From the NCBI RefSeq assembly GCF_026571515.1, contig NW_026852073.1:124001-188000 (forward strand): a stretch of DNA of 64,000 nt, read 5' to 3'. This document shows, in pieces, positions 39,001-49,000 of this stretch. The stretch is from Ruditapes philippinarum. Lineage: Eukaryota. Every line of letters starts with the position of its first letter. Position 1 is the stretch's first letter. The notes beneath the pieces were generated by a model. It saw only the letters and a list, made by a program, of their open reading frames with translations. It had not been told where the DNA came from and ran no database searches. Position numbers and translations under genes: made by a program.

Positions 39001-42000
39001 ATCTAATCTGTATCACCAAGCACCAAGTGCCGTGTCATTATCACTTTTACCAAGTTCACCAGTACATGTTATAGCCGTTTTTCAATATTTTCCATATGGC
39101 ATACATGTTTCCGGTACGGTTATATTGGGAACACTGGATTTGGTATCTTAAAACAAATATGGTAAACAAATGTCAATTCATCTTGCAATTAAAAGCAATA
39201 CAGAAGCAATCGTAATGTGTTAGATATTAATAAGATAAAATAGTACGTGGAAGTCTTGGTTAACAGTGATAAGGTTAGTTTAATAATATTTTATAGCATA
39301 TAAAGATAAACATCAATTCATTTACATCAAAAATTACACACTTAACAAAAGGGTTGGGCCAAAAGGTTTTACAGCATTATCGTGGGCCCTTCCCTGTTTT
39401 TAAAGATCTTTGGCAACGGATGGTAAAAATGGTTACAAATTGGGTCAAAATGGAAATGATGCTGGCGTCCCAACACTGCAAAAAAAAAAAAAAATATTGC
39501 AAGACTCGGTTAGACGCTGTTAAATAGGCGGTCATGGTAAAAATTCAATGTGCCCGTCTATGCCCAAAAACTCATCGGTTTCAAGCAGAACTCCCAACAT
39601 TGAAATAAGAAATATTGCGTATAAAAAAGTATTTGTAAAGAAGTAATAAAGAACAAAGAAGATGAACTTTATACAAACCTGTTATATACACGGACGTAAT
39701 TCGTACTTTTGACTTTAACAGGCCGATGTATAATTCCCAAGGATGTTTCCACAAATATAGACGCCTGAATCATTGCAACGAACTTTGTCAACCTCGAAAA
39801 CGATTGCAACACCATCGTCCAAGCGCTCGGGTCTCGCGGTAAAAGTACTTGATTTGCTGAAGTTATTGACTTGAATTATTACCTTCTTGTTTGTGACTTC
39901 AAACAATGGCTCAATGGATGTACTTTGGGAAACCTGACCTGGCTAGAAAGTAGTGGATTGCCACTCTGATGAATTATGTACAACACATCTAAGAGAGACC
40001 GGATCAGAAACATTATAAATTGGCTCGACAGGATCAAAGTCAATGGTTCCTAAAATGAAAAGAAAAATCGACATTGTGATATTCGTGTTACATGTTCGCT
40101 TATAGCAAATTATATATACATTCACAGCGCAAACATTACATGTACGAGCCGATACAGGCAAAGTGGTTAAAATAGTTAGGCAAAGTTGAAGTCAACTGGT
40201 GCCATAAAAGTAAATCATTGAAACACTGGAAAGGAAAACTCAATGTGATGTTGAATGACAGACTTAAGAAACAATATCAAAATAATTAAAGAATTGAACC
40301 TGGTATTTCACATTCTGGACTCCCCTGCCACCTTCCATTCTGGCACGTTACACATCTATCGCTATTTTGGACAAATTCTAAACCAGCTTTACATTGCAAG
40401 CATAACGTCGTGGTTGTATACATCAGCTCGTCATTGGTCACCATGTCGTCTAACAGTGTGTAGTTTCCACAAGGATGTTCGCGACATTCAGATGCAGGGG
40501 TCCAGTTTCCATCTGCGAAACATGCTACCGTAGTTACGCTATCAACCACGTAAAAGCCGGGATTGCAGATGATATTTGCTTTAAACCCGAACGATTTTCC
40601 AGAACCATTTACGACGCCATTATCTATCTGCGGATACGGTCCACATACTATCGGCTTGCAAGATGGGAGTTTGCTCCAGACATCATTTTGGCAAGTTATA
40701 GTACTGCTGCCGTTCAGTACAAACCCTCGGTCACAGGTCACTTCTGCTTGACCTGATGCATGACTCTTAAACACTGCGTGTTTTACTTCGGGTAACCTTT
40801 CACAAGCTACAAAAGATTTTTTCACTTGAAATTAATAAAGAAGTAAATTTGCTAAAACGCTTCATTACAATATGAATAAAAATTATATCTTTTAGCGTCA
40901 TCGGATGTTTGTTGTTTATTGCCTTTAATCATTATTTCAAAAACTATTTCATCATACTTATTTCATAGAGATAGTGTCTTAAAACCAATTATTTTCAATA
41001 AAATTTAGCCAAAAACAATTCTGGGCAACGTTTGTAAAATTCACAAAACTGTTGTCATGACAATTATTATCAATGATCATTAAAACGTGCTAAAGTAACC
41101 AACAAACTCGGAATTATGCAATAAGACAACCATGTAAACTATCTTTGCCCACATGACGATTTTACTGTGTTAATCAGCATGACATTTTGAACTTAAAGGT
41201 CTATTATGCCTCAGAAACATTATCATTTTGTATTTCTGACAGCTTTTTTTATTTTTTGTGCCCTGCTATAGTTTCCAAACAATAACTCATTGCCGCCTTT
41301 GTTTCTGTTGTCTTCTGGCAATTACAGTACACTTAAGAGTCAAAATATTACTTTGTTTACATTTTGCTACTTTTATGACAAATAGCTTCATACAATCGTA
41401 CTCAGAGCTACCTACCTCAGTTAAAAAGTATCTTATATGCTCTAAAAGCATCATTTAAACCTTATATAACTCATGTTTGCCCTTTCTAAAGGAAAAGGGC
41501 AGCGGTGGCAAAGTGGTTAAGGTGTCTCCCTTTCAACCCAGATATCATGGGTTCGGGTCCTAATCGAGCCCTAATCGGGTGACGGCCATGTTTCTTCAAA
41601 TGACACCAGTGCTGGTTGGTTCCAGGAAGCGGACTCAAGTTGCAAGAACTTGTTTCGCAATCGAGCTTCAATAAATATGTTTAAACCAATCTAAAGAAGA
41701 AAATCTATTCGTTTTGAAACATACTGTGCCTTTAAACTGCCGCATTTCTGAAATGCACTTGTCAAGCTTCCACTTCTAGTACTACCAATTATATTATAAC
41801 TTTGGAGGATAGCAAGATGAAAATTTGAAATAACTAACTGTATGCTTAAGAAATAAGAAATAATATTATTTTGTCATTTGTTATAACTATAATAGCACAT
41901 TATGCCTCAGTAAAAAAATCAAAAAAAAATCCTTATTTATTTAGGACAAATATGATTTTATATATGTTTAGAGCATGTTAGATGCTTATGGCATGCAGAA

Positions 42001-44275
42001 AGTAACAATGAATGTATACAATATATCGCCATAAAAAGTTGCAAATGTAAAGAAAGTAGTATTTTGATTTCCATGCAAAATACTATACTATTTTTCAAAA
42101 ATCAACATAAGCAAAATTTGGTTCAGTTAATTGGCCGGTGTTGAAGGCCCATTATGCCTTGGAAATGCTTTTATTTTTATTATCCCCCGAGGGATATAGA
42201 AATAGTCTCCGTTCTTCCGTCCGTCCGTCCGTCCGTCCGTCCGACATTTTTGGCCCGAGCATATCTCAAAAAGTATTTGAGGTATAAACTTGAAACTTCA
42301 TAGGTGGATAGATCATATTGAGTAGGAGTGCAGTGCACAAGAATGAAAACTCTACCTGCATAATTTTTCAGTTATTGCCCTTTGTTATTTGTCAAATTTC
42401 CCTTTTGTCCAGAACATAACTCAAAAAGCCTGTGAGATATCAACGTGAAACTTCATAGGTGGATAGATCTTACTCAGGAAGTGTGCAGTGCACAAGAGTG
42501 ATAACTCTACCCTTCAAAATTTTTGAGTTATTGCCCTTTGTTATTTTTCATACTTAATTTTTCACCTGAGTGGAGCATATTAACTCAAAAAGTCTTTGAG
42601 ATGTCAACATGAAACTTCATAGGTGGATAGATCTTATTGAGGAGGAATGCTGAATTATAACTCTACCCTTTATCATTTTTGAGTTATTGCCCTTTGTTAT
42701 TTTTCATACAATTTGTCCGGAGCTTATCTCAAAAAATGTTAGAGGTATCAACTTGAAACAAAGTTACTTCATAGGTGGATAGATCTCATTAAGGAGGAGG
42801 GCAGCACACAAGAATGATAACCTACCCTGCATATTTTTTCAGTTATTGCCTTTTGTTATTTTCAGTCATCAGTATTCATATAGGTTTCAAATCTGTACTC
42901 ATTTCAGCCATCAGTTTTCATTACCAAAATACCTCTTGAAATTGAATTATTCTGCCCTACTACATATACATTCTTCTAATGAGTAAACACATTCGGCGGG
43001 GGATGGCCATGTTAACATGGCTCTTGTTTCTCTTTTTTATGTGTACTTTTATAGTATTCAAAAAGTTACTCATTTCTTTCCGTGGCATAATGTGCCTTTA
43101 AATATTTTGCAAATATAGCAGGACAACAAAAATTAGCGGGAAAAATGAAATAAGAATAAAATCATTTCGGGAACACTAAGGACATATCAAAGTAAAAGTA
43201 TATACATACGGTTAGGTGGATCATCTTTGACAAACACAAAATAAATAATAACGCCTGCAGCTATCAGAATTATAAGTACAAAGATCGTTGCAATAATACA
43301 TCTTTGTGGCGAGCATATATCATTCTTCTTTGTACTAGTACTATTTCGTGAATTTTGTACATGTGTAATTACGTTTGAATCTAAAATCTTATCGTATGTT
43401 GTGCTTGAACTTCTGGTTGAATCACTAAGATTGACTGGATCTTGTCCTAAGCTCACTTGTTGACTTCCACTTTGTAAATGATAAGAAACTATAGGAACTA
43501 GGCAACTGGCTGTACGTTCTTCAGTCCGCACATCTCTTTCACGTATAACTTTATTTATTTCTCGTACATCACGGTCTACTGTTTTTAATCTGATATGGCT
43601 TTCTGTGTGCGCATTACGGTCAACAGTTCCCGCTCTGGTTTTGTTTTCTGCATGCGCATTACGGTCCACAGGTCCCGTTCTGGTTTTGTTTTCTGCATGC
43701 GCATTACGGTCCACAGTTCCCGCTCTGGTTTTGTTTTCTGCATGCGCATTACGGTCCACAGTTCCCGATCTGGTATGCTTTTCTGCAAGCGCATTACGGT
43801 CCACAGTTCCCGATCTGGTATGCTTTTCTGCAAGCGCATTTCTATCCACTGTTCCCGTTCTGTTATAGTTTTCTGCACGTTTATTTCTGGTCACATTTCC
43901 CGTACTTGTATGGTTTTCTGCACGCGCATTCTGATCCACAGTTTTCGTACATGTATGGTTTTCTGCACGCTTATTACTGGCCACAGTTTCCGTAGAGGTA
44001 TGGTTATAATCAGTATTGGCATCTTGGTCTACTGTTTTATTGCTATCATGACTATTTAAAACTCCTACACGACCATCGACATAACTTGAAACAGTTCCGT
44101 TACTCACATCTGATTCCTTTGCGTATGAATACGGAGATTCTTGTGATAATAATTCAAGTTGAATGTACCCTTCTGTGACTATGAGTTCCTGTCCACTGTC
44201 ATGGATATTAACCCGATTGTCATATTCGGTGGAACGGTTAGTTTCAGCTTTTTTTCCAAGTCCATGGGTATCCAT
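33040..44275 (-). CDS. Type II membrane protein with 3 CCP/Sushi, Ig-like and chitin-binding (CBM14-like) domains; central exons disrupted (pseudogene or exon-skipped gene)
   Basis: Exons (- strand): 44275-43210 (tail + TM IIATIFVLIILIAAGVIIYFVFV), 40806-40300 (3 CCP, C..C..W..C), 40049-39679 (Ig, D-x-G-x-Y-x-C; stop + frameshift), 39146-38997 (stops), 37950-37752, 37470-~37117 (frameshifts), 36210-35839 (Ig-like), 34955-34773 (RHPYHCNMFVGC...CGQGNCF), 33933-33619 (Ig, DNAGTYRC), 33065-33040 (DATGNTIC*). GT-AG sites; AATAAA on - strand near 32900. Confidence 0.75.
34319..34660. mobile_element. MITE with TTAA TSD (Kolobok/piggyBac-type target)
   Basis: TTAA-AGGGACTCCACTGAGGTTT ... AAACCTCAGTGGAGTCCAT-TTAA (19-bp TIR, 1 mismatch). 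Confidence 0.85.
41497..41690 (+). mobile_element. tRNA-derived SINE (second family)
   Basis: gtggcaaagtggttaag A-box, gggttcgggtcc B-box, gacaccagtgctggttggttccaggaagcggactc core. Confidence 0.75.
42175..43028 (+). mobile_element. Helentron-associated non-autonomous element (HINE/pearl-like)
   Basis: Subterminal IR atcccccg/cgggggat, (GTCC)n microsatellite 42216-42244, four ~155-bp tandem cores (gaaacttcataggtggatagatc...gttattgccctttgttattt), 3' palindrome gccatgttaacatggc. Confidence 0.85.
43570..44035 (-). repeat. Coding 45-bp tandem repeat (15-aa unit RAGTVDRNAHAENKT)
   Basis: About ten units within ORF 43187-44275. Confidence 0.9.
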
Positions 44276-46086
44276 GATCTTTTTTTATAGTAAGCGGGAC
44301 AATTTATAAATCAAAACTTCCTACTCTATATATAAATCCAGATTATTTAAAGTGAATAACTTGATATTTATCTTTTTTTTATAATTTAACAACTGATCGA
44401 GACTGTAAGTAAAATCTTATTGTCAATCTTTTTTTAATGTAAACGGAATAATCAATACATACAATTTTAATGGTCTTTTGAAAATCACCAAGTGTATAAT
44501 TTCCTTTTAATTCTTCTTTTTTTACATAAAGTTATGCAGTCACGGTCAATCACGGGCATGTCGTTTAAAATATGTTCTATTGATATATATCTGGGAGTTT
44601 ATGAAACTTAATACTCACTACAATGTAAACCCACAAAACTGATCAGTTAATGAAATTTGAAGCAACATTGTATACACACCGGTCTCTCAAATATCGACCT
44701 TTGTCTTACGACGCATTACTTACACCAAATGAGGGTAAAAAATGACTCCGACATAAAGAAGTCCGCGAAGGAATGACAAGTTTATTTTTAAGACCTATGA
44801 ATTTAAGCAATGGAAATACAAATATCAGATAATTTCGTATATTTTTGCTAACAACGTGTTCAGTTTCTGTTTTAAGTAATACTAGTTGCAGGTGAAATAT
44901 ACGAGAGAATATAGTTTGAATGATATAAATATGATCAACATGATTATATTCTGTCGTTTATCCAGTTAGCAACTTGTGAAACGAATTTATAAATTATAAA
45001 ATGAAAATTTATTGGTAACTCTTAAAAAGACGGCCTTCGTGATCGGCCTTCGTGATTCTATTCCATTTTAACTCGAACAGTGCATTATCTTACAGCAATG
45101 GACTCAAAATAGATATAATTATATTTCCTAATTCTAACACTACCCGCATTTTTCCATATTGAAAATGGAGCATCCGAAATTGTATTTGTTAATATATATA
45201 TGCAATTAAATCACTGAATTGGCGATATATTTTTAGAAATTGATGTTACCATTAATGATTCGACGCGCTGAAAATAAATACGGAAACAAGTCACGCACAA
45301 TTTAGCTTAATATCAGGTACGGAAGCACTTATTTGGTGATGTTAGAATCGAAATAATATATCCCAAGCAGTGATTGTTTTTTTCTCTTTATCTTGTCGTC
45401 CGATTTCCAGTGATTGTATTTAATGGCCGCCTACAAACTATACCTCCCCTCCCAAAATTCATGTAATTAGAGAACAACTCAATACCGTGACATAATCATT
45501 TTCGGAATAATTTGGGATTCGAACACAACACAACTTTGGGTCTCCTGAAGAGTTTTTCAACATCATTTTCACCCCATCTTACTACTTTGTTTACCTTTTA
45601 GCCCTAATTGTTCTGGAATTTCATTCATTACATCCATTATCAGGAGATAATTTGCTTATCTGTTACTTGTCATTGTAGGAGGTCTGTAAAAATCGGTACG
45701 ACAAGATTTTCAAAATAGAACATGCATGTCCTATCCCTTAAATCTCGACATAAGGTTTCCGAAATCAAGAAATAGTAGCCTTCACACATTAAGATTTGTC
45801 TGTACATCTTAGTTTTAATTGGTGTTGTACTTCAAAACCCTACCGTCTGTTGAGGCCTTTATTGTAATCGAAACTACTTCTAAATAGTGAAAAATAGGGT
45901 GACCCTGTGACAAAATACAATTGCCGTGTAAAACCTTATAACGACACAAATATAGTATTCTGCGACCTAAAATTATTCTAAAACTCACGAGCCACAAAAT
46001 ATTACGGTTCACAAAATGGACGAATAAACAAGGAAGTAAAAGTAACTTGGTCGAGTTTTTACTTCCTACTTGCTCGAAACTTCAGA

Positions 46087-49000
46087 ATGAGTGACTATTA
46101 TGATGACGATGAGCATGGTGATTCCATATACGCAAATGACTTGACATCAGAGCTGCTAAATGTTCAGGAGTTATTGAAATCAAAATCACTTGAAGAGCTT
46201 CTCAAGGAAGATCGTGATAACATAAAAGAGAAGGAAAAAGAGAAACAGTGGTATCATGGACGAATAGCCCGAGACGTTGCAGAGGAAATTTTGAAAAAAG
46301 GTAAACATGTGTATATAAGTTGTGGAACATTTTATTTATTTATTTTATTTGTTTTGTTTTGGCCTCTTCCTAAATCATAAAAAAATTCTAAAAAGACTAT
46401 TTAAAGTCATGCAATACTTCAAACTCACCGGGCTCGAATTTAACACTCGCAAAATGCTAGTTGAAAAATGATTTTGCGAGTTAGATTTATGACTACTCGC
46501 AATTTTTTGCGAGTTGAAGAACAAACAGAATACGCTCGTCCGTAATATAATGCAGCATAATATTCGCAGGTAGCCGAGTTATAAACTATATATGCGCGCA
46601 CTTGCTGTCTGGTTTACATTTTCCATACCTTAACCTTGCTTAAAAAAGTACACAAATTTAAACCAGTCCAAATGTCATTTTGTCCGTGTAAATCAAGTGT
46701 GATCCGAATAAAATGTCTAAACGAAAAATAACGTACTTCTTCCCTCTAACTGAAGCAAATGTGTCTTCCGATAACAATACTTTGAGTACAGAAGATGATT
46801 CACAGTCTATCAAAAGAACGACAATCAGACCTTCAGTTAAAACGGTTAAAAAATGGGAGAAAGAACTGCACGTCAGTCTTACGTACGAACTCGATGACGA
46901 TGGAAATGTTGCCAAAATATTTTGCGCCGATTGTTGTGCACATAATCCAGACCAGACATCGTCGGTTTGGCGACATTATTGCATTATTATTTTTTACATG
47001 TAGATTGACATTTGATAAGAATCCCTGTCCCCTAAATTAAGTTTTTGAGTAGAAAGTTACATTGCTGATTCGTACCCCGGGCAGTTTGAACTCGTCCAAA
47101 AACATTACAATTTTAATTTTCTTATTCTCTATATCCAGCAACAACTTTGTCTTTCAGCACATCAAATAATCAAACAATTTTGGAATTAAAAAATCATTGT
47201 CATAAAAACTGCTAGTTGAATTCAGTTTTTGCTAGTTAAAAATTTATCCACTAGCAAAAAATTGCTAGTGGCCAAAAAAGTTAAATTCGAGCCCTGACTC
47301 ACTCTCGAAATGATCAATTTAAGTGATGTTTCTTACCCAAAGCAAAACACAGTGGAGCCTCGCTAATCCGAACCCTTCTAATGCGGAATCCTTCCTTTCC
47401 CGAACAAAATGTCCAGTCCCGATTTTATTCATTATATTTAAAATAGTAAAAACTGTAAAATACCTTTAAGATCTGGAACCTGTTTACTCCGAATTCAATA
47501 TGATTTTTTAAAATTTTGTACTTGTTTTCCTCTAAAATTAACCTCCTGGAAACGATTCTGAACACTGTTTGCCTATTGTCACACCTACAGCCTTTACTTT
47601 CATTCAAAATGAAAATATCGCACATCTTGCACGTGTAAACATAATCATATCAAACTGATGAGAGTAATGCCACTTGATAAGTGGGTGAAACATATGATTT
47701 GCAAATGTGTGAAATTACCCTTAGCTTGTTTTGATAATGACTATAATTGCCTCATTGATTGATTTTCGGCACATCCAGTAGTTATGTTGATATTATTATG
47801 CATACGCATAACTTTTAATCTTTTGTAATAAATTTAATGACATGAGATTAAATAATGGCACTTAAGAGAAACTGTCAGTGAATTCAGATAACTGCCGAAT
47901 CAGGTGAGAAAACAACCATGCCGGTACGAATATTTAATCATGTCTCAGCCTCCTTCTTAACATTGTTAGGTAGAACTTACCCTTAAGGACATAACATTTT
48001 TTTTTGTATTCATGTGTATTAAAATGAACGGTAAGAGTGTAAGTTTGAAAAAAATTGATATTTATGTTGCAATTTCATAAGAATTTCCGTTTTCTTTCCT
48101 TAAACTTTTCTGCCCTTCAAATATACAAATGCAATGTATGCAAAAAACCATCTAATCCGGAAACCTCTTTAACCCAAACTTTTCATCTGGTTCGAACAAG
48201 TTTGGACTAGACATGTTCCACTGTACTAAGGTTTCTTCCCAACACAGTTTCGTCAAACTACTAGTTATTATACTAATATATATTTTCAGGACTTTTAAAA
48301 CATGGACATCTTGATGGTTTGTTTTTGGTGCGAGAAAGCTCCTTCTCTTCCTCAAGTTTTGTGCTGTCTTTATATAGTAAAGGCATTTTCTTCCACTTCC
48401 AAATTAATGAGGTCAAATCAGCGCACTTCAGCATTGATCAAGGTCCCACAGTTCATGGTAAGATGTAAATGATAAAATCATATAACTAGTGTAATGTTTT
48501 TTACGTTTTTCTGAATTTCTTTTCACTTGCCATGCTCTTCGTAAGTAAATTAAGATATCAATTGAATTATTCATGTTCAATTTAGTCTGATAAATAACAT
48601 GTTGTTATTGATATATTTACCAAATTGTAACATTAAAATCTAGTATGTACATTTGGATTAGTATATTTTATCATCATTGATATTCAACAGTATCCTATTC
48701 AATATCAGTTAATAGTTTAGAAAATTAATGTGATGTGAAAACTTATTTCTTCCTGTTTTGCTCATACATCTCTCTTTTTCACTTTCCTCCCTTTTTCTGA
48801 GTTAGCTTGAACTGTAAATTAAATTTTTAGACGTCAGTTAGAAATATGAACGAGGAAACATACTTTCTCTGTCATGGTATGCTGTATTTGTAATGAACTA
48901 AACAAGCATGCATGACATGATGATGACAGTTAACAACACATACTCTCACTGTTTTCCAGTGTACCAGCTACATGTATTAAATTCAGTATGTCATTAATAT

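Noticed and set aside
39943-39945. Stop-codon readthrough or selenocysteine recoding of in-frame stops in the receptor gene
   Set aside because: Stops are both TAG and TGA and co-occur with frameshifts, which indicates decay.
43585-44059. Overlapping ORFs in other frames and strands
   Set aside because: By-product of the stop-poor 45-bp repeat.
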